A DNA stretch of 64,000 nt from Candidatus Marinacidobacterium sp. (GCA_965220965.1 OZ244852.1:1-64000); one strand, 5' to 3'. Shown: positions 38,292 to 48,985, counted from the stretch's first letter. Notes: a model not told the origin generated them from the letters alone. Numbers and translations: made by a program.

Positions 38292-39124
38292 GCGCCCCCC
38301 TCCTCCGCATCGGGCACAGCCCCGACCCCGACGACGCCTTCATGTTCTGCGCCCTCGCCCACGGCGCGGTGCGGATCCGCGACTACCAGGTCGAGCACGT
38401 GCTCGAGGACATCGAGAGCCTGAACCAGCGGGCGATGCGGGGCGAGCTCCCGGTCACCGCGATCTCCGCCCACGCCTACCTCTCGGTGGCCGACCGCTAC
38501 TGGATCATGGCCTCGGGAGCGAGCATGGGCGAGAACTACGGCCCGGTGGTCGTGAGCCGGAGCCCGGGAACCCTCGAGGATCTCCGCGGTCGGCGGGTCG
38601 CGATCCCCGGCCCGCGAACGACGGCGGCGCTGCTGGCGCGCTGTTACATCGGCGACTTCGAGCCGGTGCTCGTTCCCTTCGACCAGATCTTCGACGCGGT
38701 GGACGAGGGGAGCGCCGACGCCGGCGTCGTGATCCACGAGGGGCAGCTCACCTACGGCCAGCGGGGCTACCACCTGCTGTCCGACTTCGGAGTGCGCTGG
38801 GAGCAGGAGTGCGGGCTGCCGCTGCCGCTCGGGCTCGATGTGGTGCGGAAGGACCTCGGGATGGAGCTCGCGCTCGAAATGAACCGCGCCATGCGCGACA
38901 GCATCGACTGGGCCTACGCCAACGAGGACGAAGCGCTCGACTACGCCCTCCAGTTCGGGCGCGGGCTCGAGCGCGAACTTGGCCGGCGCTTCGTGAAGAT
39001 GTACGTCTCGGCGCTCACCCGCGACATGGGCGACTCGGGGGAGGCCGCGCTGCGGCGTCTCTTCTCGATGGCGGCGGAAGCGGGCGTCGTGGACGAGGCC
39101 CCCGACTTCACGCTGATCCGGTAG
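38288..39124 (+). CDS. mqnD: 1,4-dihydroxy-6-naphthoate synthase (futalosine pathway)
   Basis: GHSPDPDDAFMF, DIESLN, GASMG..YGP, IHEGQLTY, LPLPLG, FVKMYV. Confidence 0.9.
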   Translation: MSAPLLRIGHSPDPDDAFMFCALAHGAVRIRDYQVEHVLEDIESLNQRAMRGELPVTAISAHAYLSVADRYWIMASGASMGENYGPVVVSRSPGTLEDLRGRRVAIPGPRTTAALLARCYIGDFEPVLVPFDQIFDAVDEGSADAGVVIHEGQLTYGQRGYHLLSDFGVRWEQECGLPLPLGLDVVRKDLGMELALEMNRAMRDSIDWAYANEDEALDYALQFGRGLERELGRRFVKMYVSALTRDMGDSGEAALRRLFSMAAEAGVVDEAPDFTLIR

Positions 39125-39175
39125 CCCCGCGAGGGGGTCCCCGCTGCGGCGCCGCGGGTAGGATTCGGGGAGGCC

Positions 39176-39982
39176 ATGCTCCTCGTCTTCGATGTAGGGA
39201 ATACGAAGACGGCCCTGGGCCTGCACGACGGGGAGAACTGGGTCCGCGACTGGCGGGTTGCGACCCGTCCGGGCCAGTTGCCGGACGAGCTGGCGGTCCA
39301 GCTCGACGGTCTGCTGCGCTTTGCGGAGATCCCCCGCGAATCGGTCCGCCGGCTGGCGGCGGCCTCTGTCGTCCCGGCGGTCACCGGAACGCTCCGCGCG
39401 CTGGCGGAACGCCATTTCGGGGGGCCCCTCTTCGTCCTGGACCACAAGACGGCGCACGGGATCCGGCTCGCGGTGGACACCCCCGAAGAGACCGGGCCGG
39501 ACCGGATCGCGAACACGATCGCGGTCCATCACCACTACGGGGTCGACGCCATCGTGCTCGACGCCGGGACGGCGCTGACCTTCGACGTGATTTCGGGGGA
39601 CGGCGAGTATCGCGGCGGCGCGATCGCCCCCGGACTCGGGATCTCGGCGGAGGCGCTCGTCCGCCGGACGGCGCGTCTTCCCCGGGTCGAGCTCAAGCTT
39701 CCGCGGAAAGTCGTAGGGACCCACACCGTCGCCGCGCTCCAGTCGGGGCTGGTTCACGGCTGGACCGGGATGGTCCGGGAGATGGTCCGCCTGCTGCGCG
39801 ACGAGATCGGGGGGAACCCGCTCGTGATCGCGACCGGCGGGACCGCCCGTCAGGTGGCGGCCTGGACCGGGGTGGTGGACCGGGTGGACGAGCGGCTCAC
39901 CCTCGAGGGGGTGCGCCTCGCCTGGTCGCGGAGCGCCGCGGGGGAGGTCGTCGCTCCCCCGGCGGCGCGTTCCGTCAACTGA
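39176..39982 (+). CDS. coaX: type III pantothenate kinase
   Basis: DVGNT, SVVP, GPDR, DAGTALTFD, GGAIAPG, ATGG. Confidence 0.95.
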   Translation: MLLVFDVGNTKTALGLHDGENWVRDWRVATRPGQLPDELAVQLDGLLRFAEIPRESVRRLAAASVVPAVTGTLRALAERHFGGPLFVLDHKTAHGIRLAVDTPEETGPDRIANTIAVHHHYGVDAIVLDAGTALTFDVISGDGEYRGGAIAPGLGISAEALVRRTARLPRVELKLPRKVVGTHTVAALQSGLVHGWTGMVREMVRLLRDEIGGNPLVIATGGTARQVAAWTGVVDRVDERLTLEGVRLAWSRSAAGEVVAPPAARSVN

Positions 39983-40790
39983 CCCGCACTCCGGCCAGCT
40001 TCCCGGCGTGGCCGATCGCGCTTCCGAAGGTCGCGAACTGCCAGAACATGCCGGGCAGGATGCCGATCACACAGAGGACGAGCGAGAACTCGGCGACGAT
40101 CGAGACGAAGATCAGGGTGAGCAGCAGCAGGACGTAGTTCCCGACGTGCTGCCGGATCCGGCCGAGGCTGTCCCCGAAGGCGAACCCCGACGCCAGCGAC
40201 CCGGTCGCAGCCAGGTTCGTCAGGCTGGCGGGCAGGACGGCCTTCACCAGCAGCGCCAGCAGGATGAGGAGCAGGATCGCGGAGAGCGCGATCAAGCCGC
40301 CGATCATCATGAGGCCCGGCGCGTCGTCGTGCTCGCCGATCCCGATCAGGAAGCCGCCGAAGAGGAACGGGATGAGCCCCGCCATGACCGCGACCGCGCC
40401 GTGGACCAGCACGATGACGGTGGCCTTCAGGCCGTCGACCAGGAGTCCGCCGAAGTCGCCCGCCCAGTCGGGCATCGGGTGCTCGTCGCCGCGCAGGACG
40501 CCGCGGGCGGTGTGGATCCCGTAGCCCATGAGGGCGAACAGCCCCAGTCCGAAGAACGGGATGAACAGGACCGCGATGGACCCGAGCACGAACTTGTTCA
40601 GGGCCTGCGGATCCCGGAACGGGAGCGCGAGCACGCCCGAGAAGTCGAAGCGCCCGGGGTCCGGTCCGGATCCGGCCGGGGGTGGAGGTGGAGGGGGCGG
40701 CGCGCCGCCTGCGCCGGCAGCGTCGCCGCCGGTCAGGGCGGGGGTCGAACCGGCGTCGGCCGCGCGCTCGGAAGCGTTCGATTCATCCAT
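39975..40790 (-). CDS. DUF4013-like membrane protein
   Basis: Pro-rich N-terminus, PFRD...K, GY....R, MPDW..DFG.LL.DGLK, several TM helices. Confidence 0.75.
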   Translation of the reverse strand: MDESNASERAADAGSTPALTGGDAAGAGGAPPPPPPPPAGSGPDPGRFDFSGVLALPFRDPQALNKFVLGSIAVLFIPFFGLGLFALMGYGIHTARGVLRGDEHPMPDWAGDFGGLLVDGLKATVIVLVHGAVAVMAGLIPFLFGGFLIGIGEHDDAPGLMMIGGLIALSAILLLILLALLVKAVLPASLTNLAATGSLASGFAFGDSLGRIRQHVGNYVLLLLTLIFVSIVAEFSLVLCVIGILPGMFWQFATFGSAIGHAGKLAGVRVS

Positions 40791-40845
40791 GTCTTGAGGT
40801 CCTTCCGGGGTCTCCGCCCCGCTATTCTTGCTACCACTAACGCAA

Positions 40846-43539
<2,694 letters not shown>

Positions 43540-43554
43540 ACCACGGGGGCGGTT

Positions 43555-44100
43555 TTGTCCACCGGCGCGCACTTTCGCCCCTGGATCGGGGAGCGATATC
43601 GCGTGGCGTCGGGGTTTGGGGTTCGTGTCCTCGTGGTGGGGGAGTCGCACTACGGCACGAAGGGGCAGGGAACAGACCGCGATTTCACTCACAGTTTGGT
43701 GTCAGGAATCGTCGACGGCGCCAAGCCGCCTGTCTTCTTCACGAAGGCGTCCAAGGTGCTGACGCTGGATGACGTTGGGAGCGCCCAGGTTTGGCGCGAC
43801 GTCGCGTTCTGCAACTACTTGCAGGTCTTTAAGGAGGCAAACCCACGGGGTACAGCGCCCCAGGAGGCTTGGGCCGCCAGCCGGTCGGCTCTGGACTGGA
43901 CCGTCGCGCAGCTAGATCCTCAGGTCATTCTGGTGCTGAGCAACCGAGTCGGCCACTACCTAGGGTTCAAGCCACTTCGAGGCCAGCCAACGGCCTTCTG
44001 CCACCATCCGAGCTCCAGCGGGCAGACTCGAGCGGCAAGGCAGGAGGAATTCCGCGTCGCGCTTGGGGATGCGGGCGGCGCCCCGTGGTCGCGTCCGTGA
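43555..44100 (+). CDS. uracil-DNA glycosylase superfamily-like protein
   Basis: FRPWIG..Y, RVLVVGESHY (motif A-like), AFCNY, LDPQVILVL, HHPSS (motif B-like). Visibly more A/T-rich than its flanks. Confidence 0.65.
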   Translation: MSTGAHFRPWIGERYRVASGFGVRVLVVGESHYGTKGQGTDRDFTHSLVSGIVDGAKPPVFFTKASKVLTLDDVGSAQVWRDVAFCNYLQVFKEANPRGTAPQEAWAASRSALDWTVAQLDPQVILVLSNRVGHYLGFKPLRGQPTAFCHHPSSSGQTRAARQEEFRVALGDAGGAPWSRP

Positions 44101-44120
44101 GGCGCGGCCCCTCGGCATTG

Positions 44121-44181
44121 CCGGTTGTCGTCGGATAGCGACAACGGCGGCCGGATTCGGCGAGGGAAAGGACTCGCCCGG
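44121..44181. other. two adjacent hairpins between convergent genes (possible terminator or processing site)
   Basis: GTTGTCG(44124-30)/CGACAAC(44139-45) and GGCGAG(44159-64)/CTCGCC(44173-78). No U-tract. Confidence 0.35.
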
Positions 44182-44246
44182 AGCAGCCTGCGCCCTAACC
44201 GACCAGGACTGGGGACGGGGAGAACAGGGGATTGACCCGCCGGGGC

Positions 44247-46190
44247 TCAGCGGGCCGAGGTCGGGGTCTCGCCGGCGAGGATGCGCTGGAAGACGCCCAT
44301 CTCGATGTTCCCGCCCGAGACCACGCAGACGAGCTTGCGGGGACGGTCCTCCTCTCCGGCGCGGCGCGGAACCCGGTCCTCGAGGACGGCGGCCAGCGGG
44401 CAGGCCCCGGCGCCTTCGGCGATGACCCGGGCGCGGGCGGCGAGGACCCGGACCGCCTCGGCGACCTCCTCCGGGGAGGTCACCAGCGGCTCGGCGAGCA
44501 GCTCGCGGACCAGCGGCCACATCGGGTCGAGAACGGTGTTGCCTCCGATCCCGTCCACGAAACTGGGGCTCGTGTCGATCCAGCGGGGGGCGCCGTCGGC
44601 CACCGCCGCCGAGACCTTGGCTGATGTCGAGACCTCCACCGGGTGGACCCGGGCGCCCGAGCCCGACTGACGCAGCGCGCTCGAGATCCCGCAGCTCAGC
44701 CCGCCGCCGCCGAACGGGACGAGCACCGCGTCCACCTCCGGTAGGTCCTCGAGGATCTCGAGGCCGGCGGTGCCGTTGCCGGCCATGACCGCCACCTCCT
44801 CCACCGGGTGGACGAACCGGGCGTCGAAGCCGGGGTGGCGGTGCGAGACGATGGCCTCCCACCACTCGGCGAACGGGGCCACCACGATCCGGGCGCCGAG
44901 CGCGGCGATCGCCTCGCGCTTGTTCTCCGGGGAGGTCTCGGGCACCACGACGGTGCACTCGACGCCCCGTTGGCGCGCCATGAACGCCACCGCCTGCGCC
45001 CAGTTGCCGGCGCTCGCGGTCATCACCCCGCGCTTCAGGTCGTCCTCGCCAAGCGAGTCGAAGAGCGCCGCCGCGCCGCGGATCTTGAACGAGGCGAACG
45101 GCTGGATGTTCTCCAGCTTGAGCCAGACCTCGTCCGGCCCGTTCCCCGGGAGCCGGACCATGGGCGTCCGCACTGCGAACGGGGCGATCGCCCGGCGAGC
45201 GGCCTGGATCGACTGGATCGGGATCATGCGCGGCGCGGAGTGTACGGGCCGGAGCCGGTCCCGGCGCCGCTCGGCGGCGGCCACCGTTCGCGGCCAGCTC
45301 TTCTTCAGCAGGACCGACATCCCGCGGTCCCGGAGCAGGCGCCCGCCGGTCTGGCACTTCGGGCAGTAGTTGAACTCGTTCTCGGCGCGGCGCACCCGCT
45401 GGACCCTGGTCCCGCAGTCGGGACACGGTTGGCCGAAGCGGCCGTGGACCGCCATCCCCTCGCGGAAGGCGGTGACTCTCGTGGGGAAGCCGTCGCCGCA
45501 CTCCTCGGCGAGCCGGGAGGTCCATTCCGTCAGGACCGAGACGGTGGCCTCGTGAAGCCGGGCGGTCTCCTCCGGGCTGAGGTTCCGGCACGGCTTCATC
45601 GGCGAGAGCCGCGCCGCGTGGAGGATCTCGTCCGACCAGGCGTTGCCGATCCCGGCGAATCGGGCCGGCTCGGTGAGCGCCCGCTTCAGCGTCCGGGTGG
45701 AGCCCGCCAGCCGGGCGGAGAACGCCGCGAGCGTCGAGCCCGGAACCTCGAGGCCACCGCGGTCGAGTTCCTCGAGCGCCGCCTTGCCTCGGCCCAACCG
45801 GATCGAGGCGCGCTTCTTCCGGCTGCGCTCGCGAAGCCGGAGCGCCCCGCCCTCCGGGCCGTCGCGGTCCGCCGGCCCGAACCGCCACTCGGCCAGGATC
45901 CCCCGCGGCGAGAGCCGGGGCTCGTCGCGGCGGCTCCCGGCAGGCGTCCACGAGAATCGGCCGGCGATCGCCAGGTGGATGGCGAAAAAGTGCTCTCCCT
46001 CGAACTCGAGCGCGAGCTGTTTGCCGATGCGGCGGACGTCCGTGGCCACGAGGCCCACGAGGTCCTCCGGCGGCGGGGCGACCGAGGCCAGCAGGTGGGG
46101 GGAGGCCACGCGGAAGCGGGTGAGCCGGGTCCCGAGGATCCGCCGCCGGATCGCTTCGCGGTAGACCTCGAGGTCGGGAAGCTCGGGCAA
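44247..46190 (-). CDS. in-frame fusion: Fpg/Nei DNA glycosylase (46190 to ~45230) plus PLP-dependent threonine/serine dehydratase-family enzyme (ATG 45227 to 44247)
   Basis: Fpg part: MPELPD, RIGK, H2TH GIGNAWSDEIL, Zn finger CPDC..CPKC. Dehydratase part: KLENIQPFASFKIRGA, SAGNWAQ, PFGGGGL, SGGN. No stop between them. Confidence 0.85.
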   Translation of the reverse strand: MPELPDLEVYREAIRRRILGTRLTRFRVASPHLLASVAPPPEDLVGLVATDVRRIGKQLALEFEGEHFFAIHLAIAGRFSWTPAGSRRDEPRLSPRGILAEWRFGPADRDGPEGGALRLRERSRKKRASIRLGRGKAALEELDRGGLEVPGSTLAAFSARLAGSTRTLKRALTEPARFAGIGNAWSDEILHAARLSPMKPCRNLSPEETARLHEATVSVLTEWTSRLAEECGDGFPTRVTAFREGMAVHGRFGQPCPDCGTRVQRVRRAENEFNYCPKCQTGGRLLRDRGMSVLLKKSWPRTVAAAERRRDRLRPVHSAPRMIPIQSIQAARRAIAPFAVRTPMVRLPGNGPDEVWLKLENIQPFASFKIRGAAALFDSLGEDDLKRGVMTASAGNWAQAVAFMARQRGVECTVVVPETSPENKREAIAALGARIVVAPFAEWWEAIVSHRHPGFDARFVHPVEEVAVMAGNGTAGLEILEDLPEVDAVLVPFGGGGLSCGISSALRQSGSGARVHPVEVSTSAKVSAAVADGAPRWIDTSPSFVDGIGGNTVLDPMWPLVRELLAEPLVTSPEEVAEAVRVLAARARVIAEGAGACPLAAVLEDRVPRRAGEEDRPRKLVCVVSGGNIEMGVFQRILAGETPTSAR

Positions 46191-46285
46191 TTTCTGGTGG
46201 ACCGGCGGTAGTCTCCCGCACCGGGATCTCCGCCTTCCACGGGTGCCGCCGCCGGGCGCGCCCCCCTTCTCCAGGGAGCACTTCG

Positions 46286-47068
46286 TTGTCCGAGAGCCAG
46301 TCCAGTTTCGCCGGCCGCGTCGCCATCGTCACCGGAGCCTCCAGCGGGATCGGCCGCGCCACCGCCGCCGCACTGGGCGCCGCCGGAGCCTCGGTCGCGA
46401 TCGCCGCCCGCCGCCCGGAGCGCCTCGAGGCGCTGGCGGGCGAGATCGAAGCCGCCGGCGGCGCCGCCCTTCCGCTGGCCGGGGACGTTACGGACCCGGG
46501 TTTCCGGTCCCGCCTCGTCGGGGAGACGGTGGACCGGTTCGGCGGCCTCGACCACCTGGTGAACTCGGCGGGAGTCATCGCCTTCGGCACGATCGAGGAC
46601 ACGACGCTCGAAGGCTGGCGCGGCATGTTCGCCCTGAACGTGGAGGCGGTCTTCGGGCTGATGAGCCTCGCGGTCCCGCACCTGCTGAAGCGGAGCGGCA
46701 GTGTGGTGAACGTGTCCAGCGTGAACGGGATGCGCTCCTTCCCGGGAGTGCTCGCCTACAACTCGAGCAAGTCGGCGCTGGACCAGCTCACCCGTTGCTC
46801 CGCCCTGGAGCTCGCGGCGAAGGGCGTCCGAGTGAACTCGGTGAACCCGGGCGTCACCCGGACCGAGCTCCACACCGCCGGCGGCCTCGACGCCGAGCGC
46901 TACGCCGCCTTCCTCGAGCGCAGCAAGACGACCCATCCCATCGGACGGGTGGGCACGCCGGAGGAGGTCGCGGGAGTCGCGCTCTTCCTGCTCTCGGACG
47001 CGGCGGCGTTCCTGACCGGAGTCACGATCCCGGTGGACGGCGGACGGCACCTGACCTGCGCCCGGTAG
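46286..47068 (+). CDS. SDR family oxidoreductase
   Basis: TGASSGIG, NSAG, NVSS, YNSSK, VRVNSVNPG, PVDGG. Confidence 0.93.
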   Translation: MSESQSSFAGRVAIVTGASSGIGRATAAALGAAGASVAIAARRPERLEALAGEIEAAGGAALPLAGDVTDPGFRSRLVGETVDRFGGLDHLVNSAGVIAFGTIEDTTLEGWRGMFALNVEAVFGLMSLAVPHLLKRSGSVVNVSSVNGMRSFPGVLAYNSSKSALDQLTRCSALELAAKGVRVNSVNPGVTRTELHTAGGLDAERYAAFLERSKTTHPIGRVGTPEEVAGVALFLLSDAAAFLTGVTIPVDGGRHLTCAR

Positions 47069-47184
47069 GTCGGGGGCGCGGCAGGGTGGCTCAGCCGCTG
47101 CGGCGCCCGATTCGAGCTTCGGATCTGCGGGATGACGCGCCGCTCCGCGACACCTTCCTGAAGTCAGCCGAAGGGTCGGCCCCC

Positions 47185-47718
47185 TCAAGCGTTCGCTTCG
47201 CGCCGCAGGTTCCTTGCGGTGGGGGCGGCGCGACCAGGTCCCGCGTCGCGATGGACCCGATCGTTCATCGCCCCGATCAGATCCTGGGGCGGAAGCGGTC
47301 TCCGCTCGGCCCGGGCGCTCGCATCGAGGGCGCGCCGTGTCGCCGGCCTGCTCACTGCGCCGCGTCCGAGGCGCGCGCCTGCTTCCTGGTATTCCTCCTC
47401 GGCGAGAGGGTCGAAGGGCGACCGGCCGTGGGACACATCGAGGAGACGGGAGCGGTTGCGCTGCGTGTCGCCGGAATCGGCCCGGCGGACGACCTCCAGG
47501 ATCGCCATCAGGCGCCGCTCCAGGGCGGGGTTCATGGGCCTGCCGCTGACCCAGAAGAGCACGCTCTGTCGGGAGACTCCGAAGAGTTGCGCAAGTTGCG
47601 CCCAGGTCAATGCTGACCTGCGGCGCAGTTCGGAGATCGCCCGGCTTGTGCTGAGGCCGGCAGCCCGGGCGACGGCTGCGCCCGGTCGACCTGAGGCGGT
47701 CGGATGGTCGTTCGTCAT
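47185..47718 (-). CDS. XRE-family helix-turn-helix protein
   Basis: ATG at 47718. ISELRRRSALTWAQLAQLFGVSRQSVLFWVSG is a Cro/C1-type HTH. Confidence 0.75.
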   Translation of the reverse strand: MTNDHPTASGRPGAAVARAAGLSTSRAISELRRRSALTWAQLAQLFGVSRQSVLFWVSGRPMNPALERRLMAILEVVRRADSGDTQRNRSRLLDVSHGRSPFDPLAEEEYQEAGARLGRGAVSRPATRRALDASARAERRPLPPQDLIGAMNDRVHRDAGPGRAAPTARNLRREANA

Positions 47719-47719
47719 C

Positions 47720-47950
47720 TCAGTCGCTTCCGGCGGCGTCGCCAGTCGCGGCCTGCGCGCGGAGGCGTTCGAGCGCCTCCTCGGCGTAGCCGATGACCGC
47801 CCCTTCGTATTCGGCGACGACGCGTTCGAGGAGCGGGATGGCGCGGGTCTCCCGGAACTCGGCGAGCTGGAAGAAGAGCGTGATCGCGAGTCCGGGCGCG
47901 GGGAAGTAGCGGTCCTCGAGCGAGCGCTCCGCCAGCCGTTTCCGCCCGGC
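47720..47950 (-). pseudogene. start-less gene fragment with a HEAT/PBS-lyase-like helical repeat
   Basis: Hand-translated AGRKRLAERSLEDRYFPAPGLAITLFFQLAEFRETRAIPLLERVVAEYEGAVIGYAEEALERLRAQAATGDAAGSD*. Host-like G/C third positions. No ATG/GTG/TTG start (only CTG at 47935). Stop lies 1 nt before the HTH ATG. Confidence 0.55.
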
Positions 47951-47980
47951 TGTCCTGTTGCGGTGGGAGCTGCGCGCCCT

Positions 47981-48238
47981 TCAGGCCTCACAGTAGTCCT
48001 GACACACGTTGTAGTGCAGGCCGCAGTACAACAGATCCAGGTCGTAGTCCGCCCAGCACTGATCCCGGTCGGACTGGCTTGTGGCCTGACTCAGGCAACT
48101 CGTGCGCGTGGACTGCGCGTTCCATCTGCACGTCCAGTATTCCGAGACGCAGAGCTGACAGAGTTGCGCCGTGGATCGCGTCGGGAGAGTCAATGCCACG
48201 GCAGCCCCCAGGGCCAGGCCCGCTATGAGCCGGATCAT
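47981..48238 (-). CDS. small secreted cysteine-rich protein (85 aa, 8 Cys)
   Basis: Signal peptide MIRLIAGLALGAAVALTLPTRSTA|Q. Mature part C-x2-C-x6-C-x10-C-x12-C-x10-C-x6-C-x3-C. Confidence 0.8.
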   Translation of the reverse strand: MIRLIAGLALGAAVALTLPTRSTAQLCQLCVSEYWTCRWNAQSTRTSCLSQATSQSDRDQCWADYDLDLLYCGLHYNVCQDYCEA

Positions 48239-48256
48239 TTTCGTGGCGGGTCGCCA

Positions 48257-48694
48257 TCAAGAAGGCGGGCGACCTCTTCGGGGGGGGTAGCCCGCGTCGA
48301 GGAAGATCCGGGCGGCCCTCTCCTCCTTCGCGCGGATCCTTCGCCGGAGCGCGTCCATCGTGAACCACTCGGCCGGCTGCGTCCGGATGTCCGCGATCAT
48401 TCGTTCCAGACCATTCCGGCGCATGTAGGCGATGTAGTCCTCGGACCGGCCGGCTTCCCTCCACGCCTTCGCCCTTCGGTCAAAGTCTGCCCGGGTCCGT
48501 TCCTCAAGCGCCTCCCGATGCGCCAGCGAACCGGGGGCGACGCCTCCGTCGCCTCCGGGGCCGGACGATCGCCGCGTCACATTCGGAGCGGGAAGCGTTG
48601 TGGGCGGCTCCCCCTCCGGAATCGGACCGCACGCCACCACGGTGATTGGCCCCGCAGCCACCGCTGCGAGGACCGCGAGAGCAATTCGGTTCAC
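48257..48694 (-). CDS. hypothetical lipoprotein (C-terminus probably frameshifted at a C8 tract; corrected end 48235)
   Basis: GTG at 48694 after an AGGGAGG RBS. Lipobox-like VVAC, Pro/Gly linker, helical C-terminal domain. Confidence 0.72.
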   Translation of the reverse strand: MNRIALAVLAAVAAGPITVVACGPIPEGEPPTTLPAPNVTRRSSGPGGDGGVAPGSLAHREALEERTRADFDRRAKAWREAGRSEDYIAYMRRNGLERMIADIRTQPAEWFTMDALRRRIRAKEERAARIFLDAGYPPRRGRPPS

Positions 48695-48865
48695 AGACCT
48701 GTACCTCCCTTGGGACGCCCTGGGCGCATTGGTCGGGGCAGGCGACGCCTCCCACGACATCCCGCGCCGGCGCCGTGTGCGCCGGCGGCTTCATGCCCTG
48801 AGACCCTGTTCATGCCATCACCCCTGAAGGCGACACCCGGCCGCTTCCCCCAGCGGCTCACTGTG

Positions 48866-48894
48866 GGTCTAGCGCAGCGCTACACGGTTGTCAA
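48866..48894 (-). promoter_or_regulatory. sigma70-type promoter with palindromic operator for the 48.7-47.2 kb cluster
   Basis: TTGACA(48894-89)-N17-TAGACC(48871-66). Perfect palindrome TAGCGC-A-GCGCTA at 48870-48882. Confidence 0.65.
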
Positions 48895-48955
48895 GTGACC
48901 TGGGCCATCGGCCATCGGGGCATCAGGGAGCCGCCTCCGCGACAGACACCGCCGA

Positions 48956-48985
48956 TTGACAGGTTCCGCGCCCGGCCCGTAGTCT
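48956..48985 (+). promoter_or_regulatory. sigma70-type promoter for the CocE/NonD gene
   Basis: TTGACA(48956-61)-N18-TAGTCT(48980-85). Confidence 0.65.

Noticed and set aside
44101-44246. Hairpins with GGAAAGGA and GAGCAGCC resembling SRP RNA
   Set aside because: The conserved SRP domain IV arrangement (CAGG..GNRA..AGCAG in the correct pairing) is not present, so they are kept only as generic hairpins
47981-47983. TGA as a selenocysteine codon
   Set aside because: It is not in a Cys-equivalent redox motif, the eight Cys are already even in number, and the downstream hairpin is not convincingly a SECIS
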